From Marsupella aquatica (taxonomy: Eukaryota; Plantae; Marchantiophyta): a stretch of DNA of 64,000 nt. The stretch is taken from assembly GCA_973895155.1 (NCBI GenBank), contig OZ316894.1, positions 7,340,234-7,404,233 on the forward strand, written 5' to 3'. The number at the start of each line of letters is the position of its first letter. Positions within the stretch are counted from its first letter, which is position 1. A model generated the notes under the pieces. It was given only the letters and a program-made list of their open reading frames with translations. It had not been told where the DNA came from and made no database searches. Position numbers and translations under genes: made by a program. Below are positions 22,196-34,319 of the stretch, one piece after another.

Positions 22196-22592
22196 CTCTC
22201 CAATACCTCAACTCCTGACATCTTTGGTTCAAGAACTTCCTTTGTTGAAGACCCTAGCATCTGTGGTCTAGGGATCTTCTCCGCATTCACTTGATACACT
22301 TCACACTCCACACTGGCTTGAGAAACAATTGAACCTTCTCCATCTTCATCAACATCAGAAAAAGCCTCCATTCCCAAGGCATGAGGTCCTTCCTTGTAAA
22401 ATTGTTTTCGTTTCACCTTTGCAAGTAATGCATCTTGAGCCTTGGAGTTCATGCAAGCAAAAAACTCCTCATTGGTGACTCCGCTCACCTCTGCTTTCCA
22501 AAACTTCTCAGCAACTTGATCATACGCAATGTGCTGCTCAACATCTCTTCCAAGGACCCAACCAGGTCCTTTCTTTTCCACCTTCTCTTTTT

Positions 22593-24146
22593 TTACCACT
22601 TCCATCTCCTTTGAGGATGAAGGAGTCGAAGTAGGCTCCTTTGTTGTACTTCCTCTATCTTCAAATCGAACACTCCTCCTTGTTGGGACTCTTGATGATG
22701 GCTGCAAAATAGAGGGTCCAGGCTCAACCTTTTGTTTTCCTTTGGCACGTTCTTCCAAAGGTTCCAACGACTTCGTTTCTCCTCTACAATAGAATCCCAT
22801 AGAGATCCCACTTCTGCAGTGAAAGAAGAGATCAACACTGGATCACTCCAACCTGACTTCCTCCTTACAAACTCTGCTAGTCTCTTCTTGTCTATCTCTG
22901 TTGACGAAGAACTTCCAAAGAGGGTGTAAACATCTGCTTCATGCTCATCCTGATCTCCAAAAGCTGCTTCAATGGCTGAAGTATGATGTTCAGTCATTCT
23001 TCTCTCCACCAACACCTTCATACCGCCCTTGTTTGTGTTTACTGGAATAAGCTCTCCTGAATCATGATAAGCAAGCTTTCTTATGCCATCATGATCAATG
23101 AACTTGACTATTCTCTCTCTCAGAGCAAGAGAAAGCTCCCCACATTCACGCCTTGAGTGCTCCTTACTATCACACCAAATACAATTCCAACTCCTTGCTC
23201 CGCCAATGGAACTCCTGGCTCCTGGACCACCTCTTGACGCTGATCTTGATGCACCTCCCCCCATCTGCTCGAAGGCTTGGATGACAAGAATGGTAAGATT
23301 TTTCATGAGTTCAGACAACTCATCCATTTTGTCCATGCTTTTCTCACCCCTACCAGTTGTTGACTCTATTTTCTCCATTCTCCTCATAGAAGTCACAGGT
23401 GCAACCGCATGTAGAGCACCTTCATGACTCAGCTTCTTTCTTCTATGCTTTTGGCTGACCCTAAGCACAACAATCTCAATCTCTTCCCAAGTTGGTGGAC
23501 TGGCTCCATGACTTGGGTTCATCAATTCCAGAGCAAGCTCCAACTCGTCTTGAAGCTTCTCATCAGCAGCTCGGATAAGTAAAGTAGCCTTTTGTACCTT
23601 GATAACTCCAGAACCAATCTCAGGAAGCTGATTGAACTTCTTCGTAAACTCCCTTATCAGTTCTTGAGGTTCCAACTTCTTGCTTCTATCGGCCACCCAA
23701 TCAAGGAAAGATGCTTGAGTAACCCGATATGGATCTTCAAGCTGAAATTCTTCTTTCATCTTCAACTCAAAGACCTTCCATGCTTTCTCCCCAGTAGCTC
23801 CATCTATCAAGGTAGTAACAATTCCCTTGAGTTCAGGTTCTACTAAAGATACAAACTCCTTGACTGCAACTTTTGCATCAATCTTATGAATTGTAGCCTC
23901 CGTCCAGTACCCCTTGAGATACTTGGTTACATTTCGCCCATCAAATTCTCCTTGCTTGGTAAGAACCGAGTGTAGGTACTTCGTGGTCCTACCAAGCAAC
24001 TCCTTCTTCTTGTTCTCCTCCATCTCCTTCTCCTTCATTTCATGTAAGTAAGCAGCAATCAAGGATGAAAACCTCTCCATGTTAGTTGGATTCATCTCAG
24101 TTCCCATGATTGCAATTCCTCCCTCTTGACTTAATAATATAAACAA
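22593..24146 (-). CDS. gag: Gag with CCHC zinc knuckle (frameshifted into the gag-protease linker)
   Basis: FDGRNVTKYL N-terminal motif and CIWCDSKEHSRREC (Cx2Cx4Hx4C). Confidence 0.85.
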   Translation of the reverse strand: MFILLSQEGGIAIMGTEMNPTNMERFSSLIAAYLHEMKEKEMEENKKKELLGRTTKYLHSVLTKQGEFDGRNVTKYLKGYWTEATIHKIDAKVAVKEFVSLVEPELKGIVTTLIDGATGEKAWKVFELKMKEEFQLEDPYRVTQASFLDWVADRSKKLEPQELIREFTKKFNQLPEIGSGVIKVQKATLLIRAADEKLQDELELALELMNPSHGASPPTWEEIEIVVLRVSQKHRRKKLSHEGALHAVAPVTSMRRMEKIESTTGRGEKSMDKMDELSELMKNLTILVIQAFEQMGGGASRSASRGGPGARSSIGGARSWNCIWCDSKEHSRRECGELSLALRERIVKFIDHDGIRKLAYHDSGELIPVNTNKGGMKVLVERRMTEHHTSAIEAAFGDQDEHEADVYTLFGSSSSTEIDKKRLAEFVRRKSGWSDPVLISSFTAEVGSLWDSIVEEKRSRWNLWKNVPKENKRLSLDPLFCSHHQESQQGGVFDLKIEEVQQRSLLRLLHPQRRWKW

Positions 24147-24231
24147 GTTAAGAACTCAAAGTTCCAAAACCATATCTCTCTTCATCCATTAGAACTCAAA
24201 CATGCACAAGCTAACTTCCAAATCCAGCGGT

Positions 24232-24249
24232 TCCCCAGTATGTTCGCCA
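24232..24249 (-). other. Primer-binding site TGGCGAACATACTGGGGA
   Basis: Begins TGG, 4 nt downstream of the LTR-terminal CA and upstream of gag. The priming tRNA was not identified. Confidence 0.65.
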
Positions 24250-24253
24250 CTTA

Positions 24254-25508
24254 TGTCCAGGTGACCGTGTTTTCTGGCAAGAGCATGTTGGCTCTTTTGA
24301 AGTTAACCTTGCATGCTCATAAGTTCTACACTAAAATCAAAATGATAATTCTAGTAACAAGGGTAGTGGGTATTAAGAAAGGTTCAGGTGAAACTAAAAT
24401 ACTGTTAAACCCTACTTCACCATACTTGCGGACCAATACATCACAAAAATTAGTTTTCTTACGACATATGATCCTAATATCTCCAAGAGAAAATGAAACA
24501 GGGATATCATCCGGACTCCTATTCAAATCCATGACTTCAATAAAGGACAAAGATGATGCACTCCTACTCCTCTCGGTACGACACCACTGGGTATATTATT
24601 GGCTCGTTAGAAACCATAATAGCAGTTGCAAACTGAGCTCCAAAATGATAGGTTAGATGTTGCCTCATAGATGGTTTGTCTAAAAGATGGACTCTAATCA
24701 AAAACGGATTACGAAGGGGAAGATCAGTGATAACTCTCTCTCCTGGATTCATGATGGCTCTCCTATTCCTTTGCTATCCGGGCCAAAGGATGCCTCACCC
24801 CTATATTCCCAAAGAAACCTTATTCCCTAAGGTCCCATCTATAAGTCTACCACTCATTTCTTTGCTATCCGGGCCAAAGGACGCCCACTACTATGTTCAA
24901 GGCACAAAAGAGCTTCACAACCTTGAATGATAAACACTGCGGAATGAGGGGAGAGTGCCCCTCATCACTTTATTTATAGTGCACACCAAGAGGGCATGGA
25001 TCAAGCCCAAGCACTTGGATGAAGGCCAAGTGTCAAACATCTAATACCTAAGAGTGTGCTAGTACTGTTCATAGTTGGTGAAACTACTTTTAGTAGGTAG
25101 AACTACTATGCGTTGGTGGACCTACTATGCGTTGGTGGATCTACTGTGCGTTGGTAGATCTACTGTACGTTGGTAGAACTACTGTAGTTGGTAGAACTAC
25201 TATGCGCTGGTGGACCTACTGTGCGTTGGTAGAACTACTATGTTTTGGTGAATATTATTGTAGTTTGGTGGAACTACTCATATGCATTGGTGGAACTACT
25301 ATAGTCCGTTAATATAGCTAAAGAAGTTTAATAAAATCTAAATTTAATAATCTAACTACTAAATTACTTATATAATCTATAGCATATTAAAACAAACAAT
25401 TTTTTATAACTTAAAAGAAAATCACGACAACATGAGAGATGAGAAATGAACGTAACTTTTGGGGGAGGCACTCTTATTTATACTTTCTCCTGGGTCCACT
25501 ATGTAACA
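24254..25508 (-). repeat. 5' LTR (~1255 bp) with internal ~20-bp tandem repeats (GTTGGTRGAACTACT, about 25070-25300)
   Basis: TG/CA termini, adjacent PBS, TATAAATA on the minus strand near 24975. Confidence 0.75.
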
Positions 25509-25805
25509 AGGCAATTAGTTCCTCGAAATAGTCGCTTGAAATACTCCCGGCAAATCTAGTATGCGGTTTAGGGTTTGAAGAATGTTTTATGGAAAATATA
25601 GTGGAGTAATCCGATATGGGATACCCTCATTTGGATGCTATTGGCAACAAGAAACTAAAGGTCTGGAAGCCGCCAGGGTAAAATATTGACAATCTGAGTT
25701 TGATCCAAAGATGTGCCACAAAAGATAGTAAATATTGATTCATGAAAAACATTTTTACAAGTAGCTCACCATGAGCACACCTAAACATGAATGATAGATC
25801 ATTAA

Positions 25806-26240
25806 TCAAGTTTGTCCATATATTTCCACTAGTTTGGCTTGCTGATCTTTCTCTAGATTTAGCCAGTCCCCTTGAAATTGACTTAGTTCTGATGTCGAAA
25901 ACAAACCAAGGAAATCGATTGGGGGAAGATTCAAAGTTTCCATCCTAAAAAAGTTTGCGAGATGAACATTCTGAAGTGGGTCTCCATGGGGAACGCTATC
26001 AAGCAATTCATTCAATCCCTCAAACTGGCTTCGTGCTAGTCGAAGGAGACCCCATACTCGTGTACAAACTACAAGCTGGTTCCATTTTTTTGAGGAGGAT
26101 CCCAGCCAAACCATTTCTTTTAATCGGCTGAGTCTTTCTTCAGCCGAGATCTTGGAAGAATCAAATTTGTCCTCGATGCAAGAAACTTTCAAAATGGGCC
26201 ATATGAACGTTTCAACAATCTCATCAGGAAGTCCATCCAA
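25806..26240 (-). CDS. F-box-like small ORF, probable transposon cargo
   Basis: LDGLPDEIVETFIWPIL...SSKKWNQLV resembles the F-box pattern. No ATG start in the ORF, so possibly degenerate. Confidence 0.45.
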   Translation of the reverse strand: MDGLPDEIVETFIWPILKVSCIEDKFDSSKISAEERLSRLKEMVWLGSSSKKWNQLVVCTRVWGLLRLARSQFEGLNELLDSVPHGDPLQNVHLANFFRMETLNLPPIDFLGLFSTSELSQFQGDWLNLEKDQQAKLVEIYGQT

Positions 26241-27052
26241 AAGTAGTCTAGATTCCCTTCGGCTCCGTTTCTGCTCAATTTATTTCTTCTTCTCGTTCTC
26301 AAATATGGTCGCTAACCTTGCAAAGACAAGGTTTTGAGGGACGGCCATTCCAAACCAGTTTGACACGAAAAAAGGAATACCTTGAGTGATAGAGAAAATG
26401 GAGAAGTTCTCTGTTTGAAGAACCTATAAAATAAGGATCAAAACAATTACTTTATTTCTTTGATCAAAAGAAAAACATCATGTCTAAATATTTGAGAGCC
26501 AAGAATATTGAACAAAACTCCAAATATTTGTGACCCTAGAATCAAGTAGATTCAATGGGAAGAGTTAACCCAAGGATCTTCGTTCCAAATTCGACAACAC
26601 AAGTATGCCAATCGATGATACTTGTTTTCATCATCACGATAATAATTACACGAAGAATCAACAGAATGCAGACAACCGTTCAAAAAAATTCTTGACCGAC
26701 TCGGAACTCCTTGCTCATTCTTTCCGCAAAACTCAATTCGAAGCGGATTGAGACTATCTTGAGGATCTACGCCTCCCATCCAAATTGCTCCTAATCCAGC
26801 AGGAAGCACCTTTGAGTTCAACTAATCTCTTATACAATCGACGAGCACGTTTATCTCGGTTTTGAATCTGGACCGTCATTGAACTCACTTGAGAAAATGT
26901 TAGTCTCAAAGAAAGCTAAAGCTTTAATAGTTTGTCACTCCAAAATGGCGGGCTCGCAGGAAGCAAGAGCTTCTGTCAAAGTTGATCAGAACCTAGCCTG
27001 CAAAACAATCGCCAATACTTAAGATATCTTTCGCCATCACAAATAGCTATTG

Positions 27053-27712
27053 TTGAATACCCGAAGGGATACGCCGTATCCCACTTAGCATTCAAACTTT
27101 GCCTTTTGGACCTAACCTGATTGATATTCAGAGGTTGAATACCATATGGGATACCGGGGTATCCCACTTTGCATTCAACTTCCAAATTTCCTGCATTTTT
27201 CAACCAGACCTTCTTATGTAGAGGTTGGATGCGAATTGGGATACCCGGTATCCCACTTCGCATCCAACCTCTTTTTCTCATGTTTCGTCATGCCAAAACT
27301 GGATTTTTGAAGATTGAATCCCAAACCGGATACGCCGTATCCCATTTGGGATTCATCCTCGTGATTTTCAAAAATATATATTTCTCACATGTTTTTGTAG
27401 TCTGACTTGGGGGATACGAATATGCATACAGATTGTGGATTCGTCGGGAGCAAGCGAATGCGGGAGCGAGAAGAAATGAGCCAAAAATTTTGAGTCGTCG
27501 CTCTCCTATTTATAGTTTCCCCCCGACCATGGTCAGTTTCTAACCATAGTTTCATCGTAGTCGATTAAAAGTGACCGTTAAAAGGAATCCTCTAGGAATA
27601 TTCTTGATGGGTAAACCATCCTCGCCCCTTTTACTGCGTTTGTTGATTTTGTTTTTTTGAAAACTGCGGTGGGATCCGAAATGGGATACGCCGTATCCCT
27701 GCTTCGGATTCA
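27053..27712. repeat. Second array of GGGATAC-N3-GTATCCC hairpins (~80-90 bp spacing)
   Basis: Cores near 27067, 27148, 27238, 27328 and 27684; same motif as the 16.5-16.9 kb array. Confidence 0.88.
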
Positions 27713-28283
27713 AGTCATTTTTTCCTGTTTTAAAAATATAAAATCTGGGTTATTACATGGAATACTAATTCCGTATCCAACACTTTTTTGCCTTAGAATT
27801 TTTTTAGCCGCGGGAAAAACGAGAAGTGTGGTCACACTTCTCATTTCGTCCGTCACTATGTCCTATGTCAATTAGTTTGGAATTAGACATGTCAGAGTGA
27901 GGGAGTCTATGTCAATTAGTTTGGAATCAAACATGTCTTTAGTACTTACTGTTGGTTAGTACTAAGTAGTATATCTATTTAAGTAACTAATTATAATAAT
28001 ATTTTGGGATACTAGTTTGAATAGGTGGAGGTAATTGGACTTGGATACCTTTATAATTACTTTAATTATTTATTATATCAATACAGACTATATATTACAT
28101 GAAGTCTTAATATCCATGATAGGATGTGACTGCCTCTTACTAGGAAACCTTAGTTTCAACTCGAGTTGCTTAGAATGTAACAAATTACTTGTCTGAATGG
28201 ATAGTAAGCCAGGTATCATTCAAATTTAATATATTAAATGCTCTCAATTAGTAACTAAGTAGAAGGTTAATTTAGCTAGCTAA

Positions 28284-28382
28284 GGGTAGAGATCATATTG
28301 AAGCTTTACTCATTATATGGGTAGAGATCATATTGAAGCTTTACTAGTTATATGGGTAGAGATCATATTGAGGCTTTACTAG
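28284..28382. repeat. Three ~35-bp tandem units GGGTAGAGATCATATTGAAGCTTTACT
   Basis: Directly visible triple repeat. Confidence 0.85.
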
Positions 28383-28674
28383 ACAGTTATATTCTCTTAG
28401 TCAGATTGAATCAATGTAAGTAAGTTCTACTTCTTATCCAACATATTTTAAATTATTATCACCCAAATGTTTTTCTTTAGAATCCAAATTAATATTTCAT
28501 TTTCTCCTATGTACAATCTTGATCCCCCAAATGTACAACATCTGGTGCCCAAATGTACAACTCCCACTGCCCAATTTATGTACAATTCTTGTGCCCAAAT
28601 ATATATTTTTTGGTGCCTAAATGTCCAAAGATCAAAGAATTTTCCAGTTTTAATGAATAGACTGATTTTTGCAG

Positions 28675-28802
28675 ATCCTCGTGTTCACATTTTTGAGAGT
28701 GACAATGATCCCAGTGTTGTTTTGCTCATTGAAGATGTAGACCCCTCTAGCTGTGAAGAAGCTATGGCCTCTCCAGAGAAGGATAAGTGGATGGAGGTGA
28801 TG
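28675..28802 (+). pseudogene. Small Ty1/Copia pol remnant (pre-RT region)
   Basis: DPSSCEEAMASPEKDKWMEVM matches the Copia EPxSxxEA...W..AM pattern. Confidence 0.6.
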
Positions 28803-29580
28803 TCACTCCCGGTTTAGTTAGTTTGGCCTCACTAAGTTTAGTTAACCTTGGATTACATTATGATAAGATCCGCTTAGTTTAGGCCCACATATCTTGGCCC
28901 CCTTGGGGGGTATAGATTGGAGGGAGAGCACTCTCTCTTTCATTCTTCACATGTATTCTCATTTGCTATGGAGCCTTCAGGAGTTTCTTCACTCGGGGTG
29001 TCTCGTTGGTGTAGCGTCTGATTGAGTGTCTCTCACATGATTGTTTTCACAGTGCTGTCTAGTCTGGAGGTGACGGTTTCTTACAAGAGGAGGGAACAAG
29101 TGGGCTCAAAGGCCTCATTTTAAATAAGGTGGGTCCCATACTAGGACAACATTTTTGTATTATAGGCACCTAAAAACAGTTTTATAGTACTTTTATCCTA
29201 TCTTTTTGGAGGATTTCATGAAGTGCTATAAAACTATTTTCATTGAAATGCTGAAAGTTGGATTAAAATACCCCTAATATTCTATCACAAAAAGTTAGAA
29301 ATTTTCCACTAAACTCAATAAAAAATCCCCATAGTTATGTGTGAATGTTCTGAAGAAAGTAAGACAATGAATACCAGGTTGGTGTGGAGTATGATGGAGG
29401 AGGAGCTCAAAGCATAATAGTGTTGGGGTGGAAGCTAGGGCCAAATTCATGGGAGGGGGAGGGAAAGGGAAGAGGGAAAGTTAGGACAATTTCAAGAAAG
29501 AACGAGAGAACAGCAAATTGGCAAGGAGAGGGGGACTTGAAAAGGAAAATAATTAAAGGGATCTTGTAAAACAGGATTTA

Positions 29581-29724
<144 letters not shown>

Positions 29725-31798
29725 TTATTACTGTAATGAAAAAAGAAAATATCGAATAATCTTGCTAGTACCAGGCTTGGTAAAAAAATCAGATTTATTA
29801 ACTGAAAAATCATACTATTGGTAAATAAATTATACACTTTCGAATCTCGAAGTGATATTATTGGTCTCAAGCATTGGTAATTCAAAAGATCTTTGATTCT
29901 ATACCAATAAGAAAATGACCAAAGCTAGATTATCTAAGGGAGTGAGAAAGGGCAGTGAATTGGATTTTTCCTGGCCAGCAACCTTACCTTTTCCCTCTCT
30001 TTCCAAGTATGATTAAAACCTTTCCCTAAACTTTGTTTCTACTTTTAATTATCAAAATGTAAACACCATTTAAAAACCTCAAAATCCTTGCAGCCATGGC
30101 AAGTCCTTCCCACATTCTTTTCCTGGTCTGTAATTGCTCCATGTCATTTATTTCTACCCCAAGCCCATATGTGTTTGTTTGGAGTTGCGATAAACACACC
30201 CGTTTGTGTTTGGGGGCAACCCTGGCAAAAATGCTCATGCCCAGTGCCCATAAAAAATTGAAACACCTAAGAAGTCAATGCAATCTGACTTTATTAGACT
30301 ACATCAATTGAAGATGATGTGATATGATAAATGGATATAAAGCTATTATGTTCAGAAATTAGCCTTGGACAAAAGTAAGCCCCGTCCCTCATATTGTCAC
30401 ATTTTTTGGTGTAAGTGTGGGTTCGTCCTAACCAAGCATCAATCAATCATATTAATATTTTTCCTTGGACTTAGTATTGGGGGTCAAATGGGTACGCTCT
30501 GTCCACACGCACGTTTTTGTGTCTCAAATGGTCTAAGTTCACACTTTTGTACGACTCATTCTAGATACGAATATTGTCTACCGTTTGGGTCTCTTGTCAA
30601 ACGTAATTCCATCAGACTTCAACGTCTCGTCAATGATGAAATCAGAAGTAGGTGAGGGCAACGAAGGCACGAATCCCCCTACTTTCTTCATGGAGGTGGC
30701 AGCGTATGTAATATGACTCGGGCCCTCTAGCGCTTTAACCTGCTCCCTTTCGTCTCAACCTAGAGCGCCCCCCGCCCCCCGCCCCCCATCTCTAGGGCTT
30801 GCTCCTCGGTCAAGTGGAGACAACTGGAGTACGTGGAGAATGAATTATTGATAGGAAGTTGCCGACGATCCATCTTCGTCGCTTTCACTGAAGACGTGCC
30901 TCTCGGGAAACTCAATTAGATTTCCGTGTCCGATTGAATTTTGAAATTAGAGCCTCAGTCAGAAATAAGATCGTCATTGTATTAATCGCTCCCTGATCTT
31001 GGAGATGCATGACACGTACATCTCAAAAACGTTTTTCTTGAACAATCTACTTCAATAAATTGCAAATTTGGCGTCTAACTCGCCATAGTACATGGCATGC
31101 ACTGAGCCCGTGAGCGTTTGCAAGATCAAAGCACACTCTATTGGACGGGTAGGAACGACCAGATTATGAGAATTCAGATTTACAATAGAGCGTTTGCAAG
31201 ATCAATGCTACGGGCCAATTTCTATTGGAGCCTCAACCTTCTGTCAAAGTGTACAGCCCTCACCCATGATGTTCACCGTTCTACAGGAGATAATCATCTG
31301 ACTGTCCTTTGTCTGTGCTTGCTACTCTGCTCAGAAAGGGAGCCAGTGAGAGTGGATGATGATCGTAAGAAATCATGCCCCGCGATGTCAAATTGGTACA
31401 GATTCAAGGCCATTGACAGATATCTCCCCTATCGTCTACCTCAATTTCCCATTTTGGACAACTTACGGAAGCTCACTCAATCACTCAACTAGCCGCTAGA
31501 CAAGTTGCCCACAATCCAAACTCTCGCTCTCGACGAGATTACTATACACGGACAAATATCAACAACATTTCTCTCCGTATGGGCGATTGAATTCATGGGA
31601 TAATGATGATCGTCCATAAATTGCCCGGGCAGATTCTACGTTTCTGATGGTGCACTTCGATCAAGATTTCATTTAGTCTAGAGTGTGGGAAACTTGTCTA
31701 GTGCCTGGCCGAGTGAATGAGTGAACTTGAGTAGACCCATTATGCATCCCAAGAAACTTGAATAATGAATCGAATGTCAAGAATTTGTGCTGTTTGAT

Positions 31799-32669
31799 TT
31801 ATCGAGAAAATTTATACAGGGACGTGTAATTCGAATCGACGACATCTCCTTCCTTAGCCGGACAGTCCGCAGATGGGGCTAGCCCGTGTTGTGTGAATAG
31901 CCGTTGAACATAAGTGGTGACACCGAAGAATGTCCTATAATCCAAAAGTCGTGCAACGTCAGTCTCCAAAATAATCCGTGTGGCAATTGTTGAACAGTGT
32001 TCAACCAGTGTAAATGGGTTTCATGCATGATGTAGACAATCACTTAGACTATCTGAAAATCACAATGTAAATGGGTTTCATGCATGATTACTGTACACAT
32101 CAATTAGAAACTCTATTATCAGTTGAGAACACGTACACAATCCTTGAGCATATTGACGAACGCAGATGCAGCAATCATTCAATGGTAAAATATGCGATAA
32201 TGCTTCACTGGTGTCTAGTGTACTGTATGCCGTGCACTTACTTGCCGATGTTGCTGGTGGCTTGTACTAGCAACCAATCGATCGAATCGTTCTGCATTTG
32301 GAAAGATTCGAGAGTCTGACCCGTGATACGAGTGTAAGGATGGAATGTCTCCCAAGAAGCCTGCCCGCCATTGATGTCCTTCTCGCCGAGGAAGAAATGG
32401 TGTCCAACTTTGATCCCCTTGAAGTTGTACAGGTCTGCACTCACGTTATTGAGGTTCCAAGCCGTGCCGTTGTACAAGTAGATCTGGACCCCCTTTGCAA
32501 ATAGTACCTGCTGCACCTCGTTACCTTCCGGTACTTCCAAGATCGATGGGATGATTTCATCAATCGTTGAGAGTGCAGAACCATGGGAGTTGGCTGGCGC
32601 CGAGTCTGCGGTCACGAAGACCAGGCACAGTAGGAGGCAGACTACCGAATTCGCTCGTGTCCTTCCCAT
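31799..32669 (-). CDS. Secreted DUF3455-family protein, 187 aa, 2 exons (32669-32242, 31934-31799)
   Basis: Hydrophobic signal peptide; AKGVQIY..W..ADL..VGHHFF..W..IDWLL in exon 1. A GTAAGT..TATAG phase-2 intron joins to TTYVQRLFTQHGLAP..C..YTSLYKFSR*. Frame intact. Confidence 0.85.
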
Positions 32670-33299
32670 CGTTGGACGAAATCTGAGTGTTACGTTCGAA
32701 TTAATGCAAACGAGTCGAGTTCAGGTCGATTTAGAATGGTCAAAGATATACACTTTTGTGCTCTTCCAACGTTCAGTATGAATATGTAATCGTCGATGTC
32801 ACAAAGTCTCCGGAGAGCAAAATAGCCCTTAATCCTCCTCTGTGCGCTTTCGAACTCAGAAACAAAGCTCAAAGGCTAAAAGTAGTTCCACCGTACGAGT
32901 GCAAGCGTGCGTCTCACTGAAACTCGGATCGTTTAGCTCGTTCAAGTATGTGAAGCGAAATGATCGAAGTGCTGTGTTGATGAGAACATGAGGGCTGGGT
33001 CTGTACATATAGCTCAGTTTCTTCGCCTGCTGCTGCATCGGCCTCACCCGACGACCTTTTCTTTCTCCATAATTTCAGGGATACCAGGGTGGTGGCAATA
33101 AAACGCGTGCGCGTCCGCTTTTTTATTTAGGACTTCCGCTTTCTGTTTCAGGATACCAGATTGGCGGCTTCGCATGGAGGCCACAAACGTGCTCTCGCGA
33201 ACGAGTCCGCTTTCGTATTTAGGACTGATCCACTACAATACGTGTGGACCATTATGGGCAGCCTTCTGGGCAGCTTTACAACAACTACGCAGCACAAAA

Positions 33300-34160
33300 C
33301 TAAATCACAGTTGGGGTCTAAGATTCTAAGTGATCTTCTAGACATCTAGTAGACCTTATGTCTAAGCTTTCAAAAGTGACGCCTCCAGACACCTAAAAAT
33401 TGTATAACTTATTGCAGACGTGAAGCCTCTAGACATTGAAATTTGTATGACTTTTTGCAACCAGAAACTAGAGTTGGGGTCTAGTATCCTAAAGTGAAGC
33501 TTTCTAGACCATGACTGTAGAGTTTCATCAAAATTTATGGAGCCTCACACATTGAAATTTGTATAATTAGCTATTTGCAACCAGAAACTAAAGTTGGGGT
33601 CTAGTATTCTAAAGTGAAGCTTTCTAGACCATGACTCTAGTTTCATCAAAATTTATGGAGCCTCAGACATTGAAATTTGTATAACTATTTGCAACCAGAA
33701 ACAAGAGTTGGGGTCTAGTATTCTAAAGTGAAGCTTTCTAGACCATGACTCTAGAGTTTCATCAAAATTTATGGAGCTTCAATGAAGTCTCTAGACCATG
33801 ACTCTAGAGTTTCATCCTAATTTATGAAACCTCTAGACCCTCAAATCTATAAAACTAATGGTGATGAAGAACTAGAGTGGGGGTCTAGGCCTTTACATTG
33901 AAACCTATAGACGTGACGCTAGAGTCCCTTCAAAATTTATGAAACCTCTAGACCATGAAATCTATATAACTAATGGTGATGTGAAACTATAATTGGGGTT
34001 CTATGCTTCTACAGTGAAGTTAGAATCCCATCAGAATTTATGAAATCTATAGACGTACCATGAAATCTTTATAAGTAATGGTGATGAGAAACTAGAGTTG
34101 TGGTCTAGGCTTGTAAAGTGAAGACTCTAGACTGCAACCTAGAGCCTCACCAAAATTTAT
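33300..34160. repeat. ~115-120-bp tandem repeat, ~7 diverging units
   Basis: AACTAGAGTTGGGGTCTAG...CTAGACCATGACTCTAGAGTTTCATCAAAATTTATG recurs near 33465, 33586, 33700, 33870, 33985 and 34090. Confidence 0.9.
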
Positions 34161-34319
34161 ATGCATGGAGAGAAGGACGGAATCTTATGTGTGTCAAAAT
34201 GATGATTTGGGTCATCATTGTTATTCATATTCAAAGAATGTGCATTCCCTTCACCAATTCCAAACGTGAGTCAGTTGCATAAACTTAGTTTAAAATGCCT
34301 AACTCAAATTGACATCTAC

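Larger units (their letters stand above)
21054..25508 (-). mobile_element. Truncated Ty3/Gypsy-like LTR retrotransposon (5' LTR, PBS, gag, protease; RT/RH/IN and 3' LTR missing)
   Basis: LTR TGTTACA...GGACA followed by a PBS, a CCHC gag, a DTG protease and the pre-RT motif KYKTVEKKVRPAAIPLP, then an abrupt junction near 21050-21085. Confidence 0.85.

Noticed and set aside
27821-27842. Perfect hairpin GAGAAGTGTG-GT-CACACTTCTC as a Helitron 3' end or element terminus
   Set aside because: No CTRR end at the expected distance, no Rep/helicase, and no matching TIR or TSD found at the left side. Only a short AACGAGAAGTGT match near 52997.
28801-29075. Small solo LTR (TGTCAC...GTGACG)
   Set aside because: The end is not CA and no TSD matches; left uncalled.
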